Part shown: positions 50,782-64,000 of the stretch, one piece after another | How positions within the stretch are numbered: position 1 is the stretch's first letter | Layout of the letters: each line of letters opens with the position of its first letter | Assembly (NCBI RefSeq): GCF_963921235.1 | Contig: NC_086097.1 | Span: forward strand, 192,326,001-192,390,000 | Length of the DNA stretch: 64,000 bases | Reading direction: 5' to 3' | Origin: Mobula hypostoma | Lineage: Eukaryota | Made by a program: the position numbers and the translations under genes | The notes under the pieces: model-generated | What the model saw: only the letters and a program-made list of their open reading frames with translations | The model's database searches: none | What the model was told of the DNA's origin: nothing

Positions 50782-51310
50782 TAAGTACCTCCTGCATCTA
50801 ATAAAGTGGCCACTGAGTGTATGTTTGTGGTCTTCTGTTTTTGTGTCCCATCTTATTCAAGATTTGATGTGTGGTGTGTTCAGAGATGCTCTTCTGCACA
50901 CCACTGTTGTGACATGTAGGATTTGAGCTACTGTTGCCTTTCTGCCAGCTTGAACCAATCTGGCCATTCTCCTCTGACCTCTCTCATTATCTAAGCATTT
51001 TTACCTACAGAAATGCACTCACTGGATGTGTCTTGTTTTTTTGCACCATCCTCTGTAAAATCTAGAGCCTATTGTGTGTGAAAATTCCAGGAGATCAGTG
51101 GTTTCTGAGATCCTCAAACCACTCCATCTGGCACCAACACGGTCAAAGTCACTTAAATCACATTTCTTCCTTGTTCTGATGTTTGGCCTGAGCAAGAACT
51201 GAACTCTTGGCCATTTCTGCATGCTTTTATGTGTTGGTTGTTGCCACATGTTTGGCTGATTAGATATTTGCAATAATGAGCAGGTGTATATGCATACTCC
51301 ACTAAGTGTA
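50782..51310 (-). mobile_element. Non-autonomous Tc1-like element with transposase HTH remnant
   Basis: KKCDLSDFDR.VGARWSGLRISETTDLLEFSHTIGSRFYRGW in ORF 51019-51351; terminal motif AATAAAGTGGCCACTGAGTGTA and a decayed copy ending at 51310. Confidence 0.82.
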
Positions 51311-52469
51311 CAGGGTACAATGATATTGTTAAAAACACAAGGGAGAATCAAGCATTATAAAAGAGAAAAATTTTGGAAAAGACTTAGTGCTTTGGAAACT
51401 AGTTCAAAGGTTCAATTTATTGTCAAAGTATGCATGTACAATACAACTCTGATATTTGTTTTCTCCAGGTAGCCATGAAATACAAAAAGATCATACATCA
51501 ATTCCCCCTGAACAAAAAAGAAAAATAAACAAAACTCGCAGACCCAACATCCTCCACTACCTCCACTGCAAAGAAAAAACAATAACAATCGCCGAACCCC
51601 TCACCTGTAGAAAAACACAGTGACAATTCACTCCTCAACCTCTCTCCACAGAAAAAAAAAACGACAATCCCCAACCCCCTCACTCGCAGAAAGGAACAGT
51701 GACAGCAGCATCAAAACTCCCCCACCACAAAGAACTAACAGGTCACCCACCCACCAATCAGCCACAAGAACAAAAACACAGAAAAACTGAAGGAGATCAG
51801 TATAAAGTACAGGCCAATCACATAAATATCAGAACATTAAACAATCCTTATGTGACTTAGAGCTCACATCTGGTCTGAGAGCTCTGGTGGCCTCCATTAG
51901 GAGTGTTTGCTGACCATCTGGCCTCTGTTGGGAGTGATTGCTGACCCCCTTTGCATTCACCTATTAAATATTGACAGCACTTGATAAGGCTATTTCTCTG
52001 GAATGCAGCTGTCAAAAAGAAAGTAGGCTACTTTGTTGCAAGCATTCTTACAAATTTGTGGAGTGCTGGTGGGAAAGGAGGAAGCATTAAATGATGTTTA
52101 CTGACTGTCTGAATTTTTTTATATAAATGAGGAGGTTAAAACAAGGAGGCAGGAAGAATATTTATGGGACTATTTCTGGGAGTGGAGATTCTGTGGGAAT
52201 CTGTGTTGCTCCAAACTCCATCTTTACCTGTCCTGGGACCAGACGCAAATGAGTATCTCTACGGAAAATGACTGTCACGTCTCTATCACAGAAAGGTGTC
52301 TTAAAGTGTTATTGCTATATGTTCACAGCTTACAATGCACCCCAATTACATCAAGCAAAAATGCATCCTTGCATCTTCAAGCACTTAGCCGCAATGGAGT
52401 ACGTCTTCCACTAACACTCTTCCTGGAACATATGAGTATAAAACTGATACTTCCTAAGAAATATAGACA

Positions 52470-53685
52470 AACCATAGGAACATACAAAACCTACAGCACA
52501 ATACAGGTCCTTCAGCCCACAAAGTTGTGCCGAACATATCCCTACCTTAGAAATTAAGTTTACCTATAGCCCTCAATTTTACTAAGCTCCATGTACCTAT
52601 CTAAATGTCTCTTAAAAGACCCTATCGTATCCGCCTCCACCACCGTTGCCGGCAGCCCATTCAACGCATTCACCACTCTCTGAGTAAAAAACTTACCCCT
52701 GATATCTCCTCTGTATCTACTCCCCAGCACCTTAAACCTGTGTCCTCTTGTGGCAACCATTTTAGCCCTGGGAAAAAGCCTCTGACACAATCAATGCCTC
52801 TCATCATTTTATACACCTCTATCAGGTCACCTCTCATCCTCCATTGCTCCAAGAAGAAAAGGCCGAGTTCATTCAACCTATTATCATAAGGCATGCTCCC
52901 CAATCCAGGCAACATCCTTGTAAATCTCCTCTGCACCCTTTCTATGGCTTCCATATCCTTCCTGTAGTGAGGTGACCAGAACTAAACACACTACTCCAAG
53001 TGGGGTCTGACCAGGGTCCTATATAGCTGCAATATTACCTATTACCTCTCGGCTCCTAACTTCAATTCCACGATTGATGAAGGCCAATACACCGTACGCC
53101 TTCTTAACCACAGAGTCAACCTGCGCATCAACTTTGAGCGTCCTATGGACTCGAACCCCAAGATCCCTCTGATCCTCCACACCGCCAAGTGTCTTACCAT
53201 TAGTATAATATTCTGCCATCATATTTGACCTACAAAAATGAACCACTTCACCCTTATCTGGGTTGAACTCCATCTGCCACTTCTCAGCCCAGTTTTGTAT
53301 CCTATCAATGTCCTGCTGTAACCTCTGACAGCCCTCTCACTATCCGCAACACCTCCAACCTTTGTGTCACAGCAAACTTACTAACCCATCCCTCCACTTC
53401 CACATCCAGGTCACTTATAAAAATCACGAAGAGCAGGGGTCCCAGAACAGATCCCTGAGGCACACCACTGGAGACTAACCTCCATACAGAATATGACCCG
53501 TCTACAACCACACTTTACCTTCTTTGGGCAAGCCAGTTCTGGATCCACAAAGCAATGTCCCCTTGGATCCTATGCCTCTTTACTTTCTCAGTAAGCCTTG
53601 GATTGGGTACCTTATCAAATACCTTGCTAAAATCCATATACACTACATCTACTGCTCTTACTTCATCAATGTGTTTAGTCACATC
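52470..53685 (-). mobile_element. 5'-truncated CR1 (same family as 6454-7760)
   Basis: ORFs 53305-53511 ([10 protein letters not shown]), 53019-53273, 52670-52954 and 52560-52790. Confidence 0.93.
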
Positions 53686-54169
53686 TCAATGTGTTTATTC
53701 ACTAGAAGGATCACATCAAAGCTGGCAATCAATCCAGACTGTGGTGAACCATGCTGTGAGATTGACTTTTTGGAAAAACAATGCCTACTTAGGCTGCATT
53801 TCAAGATAATCCTCATTCACATTGATGTTGTCAGAAAAGCTCAAGTACTAACAAACAAGAACACAAGAAAATAAGAGCAAGAGTAAGCCATCAGTCCCCT
53901 CAGGTCTGCCCCACCAGTTGCTATGATCGTGATTCTTCTTCTGTGTTAGGTCCCCTAACTTTTTTTCTCTGATCTAGCCTCCACCACCCTCTAGGATAGA
54001 GAGGTCAAGAGATTTTCGACTTCCAGTCTGAGAAATTTCCAAGCACTGCAGTTTTTAATGCCAACCCCTATGTTTTGGTTACGTGTCACATCCAAGACTA
54101 CTCTGTGCATGCTGGAACACCTCAGATCCCTCTGAACTTATGAATGTGAGGTTAAGTATAACTCATTGG

Positions 54170-55015
54170 TTGAATCAAAGGTGGTGATGAATCAGCACAT
54201 AGAAGGGAGATTGAAAACCTGCCTGAATGGTGCCACAACAACAACCTTTCACTCCTTGTCAGCAAAACCAAAGAGCTGATTATTGACTGGAGGCCCCTGC
54301 ACCAGTCCTCATCAGAGGATCAAGGGAGGAGAGTGGATCTCTCCTGGGTTCAGCACATAGGTGCCATTAAAAAGCAAGCATGGCAGTATTCAGTATGTCA
54401 TCTAAAAACCTGATATACTGACTGGTTGCATCATGGCCTGGTATGGCAATACCAATGCCCTTGAATATAAACGCCTACAGAAAGTAACAGATACAGTCCA
54501 GTCCATCACAAGTAAAGCCCTCCCCACCTCTGAGCACACCTACACACAACATTGTTGCAGGAAAGCAGCATCCTTTATCAAGGACCCCCAAAATCCAGGC
54601 CATGCCTTCTTCTCACTGCTGCCATCAAGAAGGTAGTACAGGAGCCACAGGCCCCACACTGCCAGCTTCAGGAACCTCTCAACTATCAGGTTCTTGGACC
54701 AGATGGGATAACTACACTGAACTTCATGCACCCTAATTCTGAACTGTTCCCACAACCTACGGACTCACTTTCAAGGACTCTTCATCTCATGTTCTCAATA
54801 TTAATTGCTTATTTATTTATTATTATCATTATTTTTTTCTTTTTGCGTTTTCACAGTTTGTTGTCTTTTGCATATTGGTTGTTTGTCTTGGTGTGCGCGG
54901 TTTTTCACTGATTCTGTTGTGTTTTGTTTGTATTAAATGAACCTTAGGGTAGTATATGGTGAAATATATGTACTTTGGTAATAATTTTACTTTGAACTTT
55001 TTGAACTTTTGAACT
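54170..55015 (+). mobile_element. Rex1/Babar-like LINE 3' fragment
   Basis: AWYGNT..IKDPQNPGHAFFSLLPSRR; (TTGAACTT)n tail. Confidence 0.82.
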
Positions 55016-56692
55016 GCACTTATTTGCAATATCTCTACATCTAAATCTGTCTTTTGATTCCTGGAACTGAGCCATGTGCCTGTACTTCTCTCACAATGCA
55101 AGTCAATCTCACCCTTATTTTCAACTTCCTAATTTCAGCATCATTCCAGCCTGCAGCTGCTGATTTATGCCATGTGTCAGTTTGCTGATCACAGCTGCAC
55201 ATTAGGAAAGCCATTGACATAATGATGCAGAGTGTGAAACTTCATTGACCTTTCTTTCAATCAAAAGAGGAAGACAGACTAAACATGGGCACTTGCTGCA
55301 TTGCAGGCTCCCCCAAACTCCAGGCACTGAATAGTCATTGCAACTCCATTCACAACCCACAAATACTTAATATCCAAATATATGTTATCTCCTGTTAGAA
55401 CATCAGGAGACTTATTAATGGAGAATTCCATGTTGTTGGCAGTACTCATTCGTCCTTAGCCAATCATAGAGTCACAGAGTCATAGAAAAGTACAGCATAG
55501 AAACAGGCCATTTGACCCATCTAGTCTGTGCCAAACCATTTAAACTGCCTTCTCCCATCGACCTGCACCGGGACCGTGGTCCTCCATATCCCTATGATCC
55601 AGATACCTATCCAAACTTCTCTTAAAAGATATAATCGATCTCACATGCACCACCTGTACTGGCAGCTTGTTCCACACTCTCACGACCCTTTGTGAGAAAT
55701 TTTCCCTCATGTTCCCCTTAAACATTTCATCTTTTGACCTTAACTCATTACCTCTAGTTGTCATCCACCAACATCAGTGGAAAAAGCTTGCTTGTCTTTA
55801 CCATATCTATGCCCTCACAATTTTGTGTACCTCTTTCAAATCACCTCCCAATCTTCTACATTCCAAGGAATAAAGTCCTAACCTAAAAAGTCTTTCCTTA
55901 TGATTCAGGTCTTCCAGACCCAGCAACATCCTTGTAAATTTTCTCTGTCCTCTTTCAACCTTGTTTACATCTTTCCTGTAGGTAGGTGACCAAAACTGCA
56001 CACAATACTCCAAATTAGGCCTCACCAATGTCTTATACACCTTCAACATAACATCCCATCTCAAGTACTCAGTACATCGATTTATGAAGGCCAACATACC
56101 AAAAGCTTTCTTTACAATCTTATCTATCTGTGACACCACTTCCAATGAATTCTGGACCTGTATTCTCAGATTACTTTGTTCTACCACACTCCTCAGTGAA
56201 CTACCATTCACTGTGAAAGACCTACCCTGGTTGGTCTGACCAAGTGCAACGCCTCACAGTTGCCTGCATTAAATTCTATCTGCCATTTTTCTAGTTGGTC
56301 CAGGTCCTTCTGCAAGCCATGGTAGCCTTCCTCACTATCCATACACCCCTAATTTTGGTGTAATTCACAAATTTGCTAATCCAGTTAACCATACTGTATT
56401 TATCTTCAGATCATTGACATAGATGGCAAGCAATAATGGACCTAGCACTGATCCCTACAGCACTCCACTGGTCATAGGCCTCCAGTCAGAGAGGCAACCA
56501 TCTACTACCACTCTCTGGCTTCTCTCACTAAGCCAATGTTGAATCCAATTGACAATCTCATCTTGAGTGCTGAGCATCTGAACCTTCTTGACCAACCTCC
56601 CATATAGTACCTCATCAAAATCCTTGCTAAAGTTCATGTGGGGAACGTCCACTGCCTTGCCTTCATCAACTTTCCTGGTAACTTCCTTGAAA

Positions 56693-59600
56693 GAGTAGAA
56701 AGAAAGAGACAGGTGGGTGACTGGGGGAAGGAAGTGCAGGATAAGGGGTGCACACTGTCTGGGGGCATCAATTCCAGAGTTAGAAGTGTCCAACCATTTT
56801 GCATACCTAGCGATGCTCAACGATGACCATGAAACCTCTGAGGTGGTTGGCAGGACAGAGGAGCCCCACAGGACCCTTCCCAACTCTGAACTTAAACCCT
56901 GTAAAAATGAAGGAGTGATAGTAAAGAACTCAATTAACAGGGCGGTTGAGAATCAGGTGTGTATTGACAAGGAGTCTCTTGTATGGTGCGTTACCTACCA
57001 GGAGCGCAGTTAGGAAACCTTCCTGGATAAGTAGGTAGGCTGGGGTGGATCCAGAAGTCACTGTCCTCATCAGAACAAATGACGTAGGTAAGAGCAGGCT
57101 ATCAGTTCTGCAAGACAAATTTAAAGAGTTATGTGGGAAGCTTAGAAACAGAACTGGCATGTTGGTCTTCTCAGAAGTTCTGCCTTTGCCACACGCCAGT
57201 CCAGGTAAGATGGAGGAAATTAGAAAATTTAATGTGTGGCTCAAATCATGGTGTGTGTTGGAGGGGCGTAGGTTTACGGGACGTTGGGGTGCTTTTTGGG
57301 GCTTGTGGGACCTGTACTGCTAGTACGGGTTAGATTTGAACTGGAGGGGCAGACATATTCTTCAGTTAGTTGAGGATTGCTTAAGGTAGGGAATAGAGTT
57401 GGGGGTGGTGTTGTGGGGCAGGTAACTTAGAACAGGCCAGGCTCTAGTGTTCAAACACCATAGTGGAGAATAACATATTTGGACATAAACCGATTATAGG
57501 TTTCAAAAGTATAAAAATTGGTTGGAATAGGATGAAAAACATCAGTCATAGACTAAGGATGGCCTGTGTAAATGCAAGAAGTATTACAAATAAAATAAAT
57601 GAGCTGGAATTATATGCAAGTGCATATAAGTATGAGATAAAAACAATAAGTGAAACCTGGCTGACCTCAAAGGATGGTGATGAATATAATATTAAAGGAA
57701 ATACTTTATTTAGAAAAGGTAGGCAAGACTGTAAAGGTGGAGGAGTTTCCATATACATAAGAGAGAATTTAAACATGAGGCTGCCTATGAGAGGAGTTGA
57801 ATCGAGACTTCACTGATATCTGGGTGAAAATTGAAAGCTATAAGGATAAAGGAATTACATTGGGTATATGTTATGGACCTTCTAATGCTGATAGTGATTT
57901 TAATAAACAACTCTACCAGAATATTAGAAAAGCAAGTTCTGAGGGTGATGTTGTAGCTATGGGAGACTTTAATTTCCCAAATACTGAGTGGGAGAACCCA
58001 GTGACTAATGGATTACAGGAAAGTGAATTCATTGAGTTATTGAATGATTGTTTTTTAATGCAGTATGTAAATGTACCAACAAGAGGGGAGGCCTGTCAAA
58101 TTTGATATTCTGTAATAATCAGGGTAGAATTTTGAGTATGGAAGTTGTTGAGCCTTTAGGAAAAAGGAATTATAACATCGTTAGTCCTGAAGTTTTCTTG
58201 GGAGAGCATATTAGTAAAAAAAAAGCAATTGAATTGAATTTCAGAAAGGCAAAGTTTAAGCAGATGCGACAAAGACTTTAGAAGGCAAATTAGAAGGAAC
58301 TGCTTGATGTTGAATCAGTTGAGAAATGATGGGATCAACTTAAAGAGGTAATACATGCAGTGCAGAAAATGTTCATACCCAAGGTCAGGAGAAGGAATAA
58401 AAACAATAGATCAACTGCATGGATGAATACAGATATACATAAAAATATTGAAGAATGACAGGTACAGAGGGAATACAGAAAAAATAGCAATGATGTTAAC
58501 AGTAAAGCATATGAAAATATGAGCGCTATAGTTAAGAGGGAAATTTGGAATAGCAAAAGGCAGATTGAGAAGGATATTGCTCAATGGCAGGAATGGATTC
58601 TCAATATTCCTGGATTTCAGTGCTTTAAAAGGGATAGAGATGGGGAAAAGGGGAGGAGGGGTGGCATTACTGGTCAGGGATACTATTACAGCTACAGAAA
58701 GGGTGAGTAATGTAGCAGAATCCTCTCTTGAGTCAGTATGGGTAGAAGTCAGGAACAGGAAGGGAGCAGTTACTCTATTGGGAGTATTCTATAGGCCCTC
58801 TGGTAGTAGCAGAGATACCGAGGAGCAGATTGGGAGGCAGATTTTGGAAAGGTGCAAAAATAACAGGGTTGTGATCATGGGTGACTTTAACTTCCCTAAT
58901 ATTGATTGGCACCTGATTAGTTCCAATGGTTCAGACGGGGCAGAGTTTGTTAAGTGTGTCCAGGACAGATTCCTGTCACAGTATGTGGACAAGCCGACCA
59001 GGGGGAATGCCATATTAGATCCAGTATTAGGTAACGAACCAGGGCAGGTCACAGATCTCTCAGTGGGTGAGCATCTGGGGGACAGTGACCAACGCTCCCT
59101 GGCCTTTAGTATTATCATGGAAGAGGATAGAGTCAGAGAAGACAGGAGAATTTTTAATTGGGGAAGGGTTAAATTATGAGGCTATAAGGCTGGAACTTGT
59201 GGGTATGAAGTGGGATGATGTTTTTGCAGGGAAATGTACTATGGACATGTGGTTGATGTTTAGAGATCTCTTGCGGGATGTTAGGGATAAATTTGTCCCA
59301 GTGAGGAAGTTAAAGCATGGTAGGGTAAAGGAACTATGGGTGACAAGTGAGGTGAAAAATCTAGTCAGGTGGAAGAAGGCAGCATACATGAAGTTTAGGA
59401 AGCAAGGATCAGATGGGTATATTAAGGAATATAGGGAAGCAAGAAAGGAGCTTAAGAAGGGACTAAGGAGAGCAAGAAGGGGGCATGAGAAGGTCTTGGC
59501 GAGTAGGGTAAACGAAAACCCTAAGTCATTCTTCAATTATGTGAAGAACAAAAGGATGACAGGAGTGAAGGTAGGAGCGATTAGAGATAAAGGTGGGAAG

Positions 59601-62600
59601 ATGTGCCTGGAGGCTGTGGAAGTGAGCGAGGTCCTCAATGAATACGTCCCTTCGGTATTCACCAATGAGAGGGAACTTGATGATGGTGAGGACAATATGA
59701 GTGAGGTTGATGTTCTGGAGCATGCTGATATTAAGGGAGAGGAGGTGTTGGAGTTGTTAAAATACATTAGGACGGATAAGACCCCGGGGCCTGACAGAAT
59801 ATTCCACAGGCTGCTCCATGACGCGAGGGAAGAGATTGCTGAGCCTCTGGCTAGGATCTTTATGTCCTCGTTGTCCATGGGAATGGTACCAGAGGATTGG
59901 AGGGAGGTGAATGTTGACCACTTGTTCAAAAAAGGTAGTAGGGATAGTCCGGGTAATTACAAACCAGTGAGCCTTATGTCTGTAGTGGGAAAGCTGTTGG
60001 AAAAGATTCTTAGAGATAGGATCTATGGGCATTTAGAGAATCATTGTCTGATCAGGGACAGTCAGCATGGCTTTGTGAAGGGCAGATCGTGTCTAACAAG
60101 CGTGATAGAGTTCTTTGAGGAGGTGACCAGGCATATAGATGAGGGTAGTGCTGTGAATGTGATTTACATGGATTTTAGTAAGGCATTTGACAAGGTTCCA
60201 CACGGTAGGCTTATTCAGAAAGTCAGAAGGCATGGGATCCAGGGAAATTTGGCCAGGTGGATTCAGAATTGGCTTGCCTGCAGAAGGCAGATGGTCGTAG
60301 TGGAGGGAGTACATTCGGATTCGAGGGTTGTGACTAGTGGTATCCCTCAAGGATCATGATTTTTATTAACGACCTGGATGTCGGGGTAGAAGGGTGGGTT
60401 GGCAAGTTTTCAGACAATACAAAGGTTGGTGGTGTTGTGGATAGTGTAGAGGATTGTCAAAGATTGCAGAGACATATTGATAGGATGCAGAAGTGGGCTG
60501 AGAAGTGGCAGATGGAGTTCAGCCCAGAGAAGTGTGAGGTGGACACTTTGGAAGGACAAAATCGAAGGCAGAGTACAAAGTAAATGGTAGTATATTTGGT
60601 CATGCGGAGGAGCAGAGGGATCTGGGGGTACATGCCCACAGATCCCTGAAAGTGACCTCACAGGTGGATAGGGTAGTTAAGAAAGCTTATGGGGTGTTAG
60701 CTTTCATAAGTCGAGGGAAAGATTTTAAGAGTCGCGAGGTAATGATGCAGCTCTTTAAAAACTGGTTAGGCCACACTTGGAGTACTGTGCCCAGTTCTGG
60801 TCACCTCACAATAGGAAGGATATGGAAACATTGGAAAGTGTACAGAGGAGATTTACTAGGATGCTGCCTGGTTTAGAGAGTATGCATTATGATCAGAGAT
60901 TAAGGGAGCTAGGGCTTTACTCTTTTGAGAGAAGGAGGATGAGAGAAGACATGATAGAAGTATACAAGATATTAGAAGTAGATAGAGTGGACAGCCAGCT
61001 CCTCTCCCCCAGGGCACCACTGCTCAATACAAGAGGACATGACTTTAAGGTAAGGGGTGGGAAGTTCAAGGGGAATATTAGAGGAAGGTTTTTTACTCAG
61101 AGAGTGGATGGTGCGTGGAATGCACTGCCTGAGTCAGTGGTGGAGGCAGATACACTAGTGAAGTTTAAAAGACTACTAGACAGGTATAGGGAGGAATTTA
61201 AGGTGGGGGGTTATTTAGGAGGCAGGGTTTAAGGGTCAGCATAACATTGTGGGCTGAAGGGCCTGTACTGTGCTGTACTATTCTATGTTCTATGTTCTAT
61301 GTTGTATAATGCTAAGATTGACCCCAAGTGATTTTTTCAATACTTCAGTAGTAAAAGAACAGTCAAGGAGAAAGTTAAGTATATTAAGAATAATAGTGGG
61401 GTGATAAATTATGCAGAGAAGGACACTCTTAATTCTTACTTTGCTAAAATATTCACCTGCAAAGATGTTAGCAATATGCCAGTAAGTGTGGAGAAAGGTT
61501 GTTTTAAGTGACAGAGATATTAGAATGTGAGGTCCTGCTTCAGCTTAAAAGGCTGAAAGTTAATAAATCTCCAGGGACAGACAACATATATCCAAGGGTA
61601 CTTAAACAGGTCTGTGATTATATATACAAATCCCCAACATGTATTTTTCAAAAGTCAGTGAAGACTGGTGAAATCCCTAAAGATGAGAAATGGGCTAACA
61701 TTGTCCCGGTACATAAGAGGGTGACCGCACTGACCCTGGTAACTATAGACACGTAGAGCTTAATGTGTATCACAGGCAAGATAATGGAAACATTAATAAA
61801 CAATGAGATGGAAAAGCAGCTGGTAAGAACAGGCAAGTTAGCAGAAAGCCGCATGGGTGCAGAAAGACAAAATCATGTTTTACGAATATGCTGGAGTTCT
61901 ATGAAAAGGCATCTAAATTTATGTTAGCAATAGAGCAGTTAGTATCATTTACTTGGACTTTCAGAAGGCTTTTGACAAGGAACCCCATGAGAAGATAACA
62001 ATCAAATTACAGGAGGTAGAGATCCAGGGTAACATGTGTGAATGGGTGCAGAAATAGCTCTGAAACAGAAAACAATGAATTTTGGTGAGAGAATCATTTT
62101 CACACCTAGAAGATGTTAAAAGTGGAGTTCCCCAGCGAACAGTTTTTGGGGCCACTGCTGTTTTTAATTTACATTAATGATTTGAATAAGCACATAGCAA
62201 ATAAACTAGTAAAGTTTGCAGATGACACAACATTAGGGGGTGGGCTGATAACATTCAGGCAGCAGAGTCAGTACAGTTAGATCTAAACAAAATCTAGATG
62301 TGGGCAAATAAATGGCAGGTGAAACTTAATGTAAGTAAATGCAAAATATGACACATAGAAAGTAGAAGTATTAGATATAAATATACAATGAGGTGGGGTG
62401 GGGTGAATCTTGAGTTAGAAAGTGCGCTGTGTGAGAAGAGTATGGGTGTCCTGGTTTACTCAACACTATCAACATCTAGAAGTGATTAGGAAGGCTTAGA
62501 GAATGTAGGACAAATTAATGCATTCAGTGGAGTTCAAGTCTAGAGATGTTCTCCTTAAGCTGTATAATGCACTTGTGAGGCCACATCAGGAAGCATTTCT

Positions 62601-62779
62601 TTACTCAGCGAGTTGTGGACACATGGAACAAACTACCTAGTTGTGTAGTTGAGGATAGTACCTTAGAGACTTTCAAATCTAAACTCAATCGTTATTTCAA
62701 CACACTATGTGAATAGGAATTTGGCAAGCTTTGATGGGCTGAATAGCCTGTTCTTGTCAAAAACCTTCTAATGTTCTAA
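56693..62779 (+). mobile_element. Middle CR1: AT-rich family with ORF1 SGNH esterase, EN, RT and (TTCTAATG)n tail
   Basis: LEVSNHFAYL and VLIRTNDVG (ORF1); ACVNARSI..ISETWL and MGDFNFP (EN); KSPGTDNIYPRVLK and KFADDT (RT). Confidence 0.9.
58585..61303 (+). mobile_element. Inner, youngest CR1: nearly complete ORF2 with a few frameshifts
   Basis: ORFs 58565-59179 (EN), 59067-60359 (430 aa, RT N-half) and 60777-61232; (TTCTATG)3 tail; catalytic motif mutated to FSDN. Confidence 0.95.
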
Positions 62780-64000
62780 AAACTGTATAACTTTGATTAG
62801 ACATGACCTGTCACGCACGTATCATGTTGACCATCCCTAATCAATCCCTATCTATCCAAATACTCATATATCCGGTCCCTTAGAATACCTTCCAATACCT
62901 TTCCCACTACTGATGTCAGGCTCACAGGCCTATAATTTCATGGTTTATTTTTAGAGCCTTTCTCAAACAGCAGAACAACATTGGCTATCCTCCAATACTC
63001 TAGTACCTCTCCAGTCACTAAAGATGATTTAAATATCTCTGCTGGGGGCCTGGCAATTTCTGCATGCCTCCCACAGGGTCCAAGAGAACACATTGTCAGG
63101 CCCTTGGGATTTATCCATACTAACTTGCCTCAGGACAGCAAATACCTCCTCCACTATAATCTGTATAGAGTCCATAAAGTAGAATCAGAATCAGGTTTGT
63201 TATCACCAGCATGTGTCGTGAAAATTGTTAACTGAGCAGTGCAGTTCAATGCAATATATAATATAGAAGAAAAAAGTAAAATAATAATACTAATAATAAG
63301 TAAGTAAAATGCACTTGTGAGGCTACATCAGGAATACCTTCTTGCCTCACTTCTATAGACTCTGTCTGTCTCCTAAGTAAACAGGGAATAGAAAAAATAC
63401 TTAAGATCTCCCCCATCTCTTTTGACTGCGCACGTGGATTACCATTCTGATCTTCCAGTGGACCAATTTTGTCACTTACAATCATTTTGCTCTTAACATA
63501 TCCGTAGAATCCTTTCGGATTCTCCTTTACCTCAATTGCCTTCTTTTATCCCTTCTGAGTTCCTTAAGTATTCTCTTGTATTTCTTATACTCCATAAGCC
63601 TTTCATTTGTCCATACTTGCTATGCACCTCTTTTTTTTTCTTAACAAGGACCTCAATATCTCTAACAAGCAAGGTTTCCAACACCTGTTATCATTACATT
63701 TGATGTTAACAGGTAGAGACAAGTGTTGTTCTCTCAAAATCTCACTTTTGAAGGCCTCCCACTTTCCAAGAACACCTTTGCCAAAAAACACCGTCCCAAC
63801 CTACACTTTCCATATCCTTTCTGAAACCATTAAAATCTCCAATTTAGAATCTCAACCCAGGAACCATATTATGCTTTTGCAGAATTGCTTTGAAACTAAT
63901 GGCATTGTGATCACTAGATGCAGAATGTTTCCCGACACAAACTTCTGTCACCTGCCCTGTCTCTTTCCCTAATAGGAGATCAAGTATCACACACTCACTT

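Larger units (their letters stand above)
55464..64000 (-). mobile_element. Outer CR1 (3' part 55464-56692; continues 62780-64000), host of the nested CR1s
   Basis: ORFs 55540-55764 and 55807-56211, RT part of 56455-56883, and 63603-63791; (CTATGACT)n tail; sequence rejoins across the insert (ACTTCCTTGAAA | AACTGTATAA). Confidence 0.88.

Noticed and set aside
59067..60359. 430-aa ORF as an active reverse transcriptase
   Set aside because: Flanked by frameshifts and a ~20-bp deletion near 60355; catalytic motif reads FSDN; 5'-truncated.
1..64000. CRISPR array, prokaryotic operon or defence system
   Set aside because: No regularly spaced repeat-spacer array or gene-dense organisation; the sequence is vertebrate repeat-rich DNA.

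Overview
Eukaryotic, AT-rich, repeat-dominated non-coding DNA from a vertebrate. The mix of CR1, Rex1/Babar, L2, Penelope-like elements and V-/CORE-type SINEs suggests a cartilaginous fish such as a ray (inference). I find no recognisable host protein-coding exon, RNA gene or CRISPR array, and nearly all long ORFs are decayed transposon fragments or their antisense shadows. Main contents: (1) two Gypsy LTR-retrotransposon 5' halves with tRNA-Trp primer sites; (2) many CR1 LINEs, including a three-level nest at 55.5-64 kb; (3) Rex1/Babar and L2 remnants; (4) a solo LTR, SINEs and hAT/Tc1 MITEs; (5) Penelope-like elements. The most notable structure is a 1.57-kb fold-back Penelope-like insertion (27883-29452) with a 13-bp target-site duplication. 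Both arms carry a GIY-YIG endonuclease frame and a minimal hammerhead ribozyme, and one hammerhead looks intact. A ~7.8-kb repeat-poor block (42.8-50.6 kb) opens with a candidate CRE/TATA promoter and a non-coding first exon of an unidentified gene. Boundaries were read by eye and are approximate unless a TSD or terminal motif is quoted.
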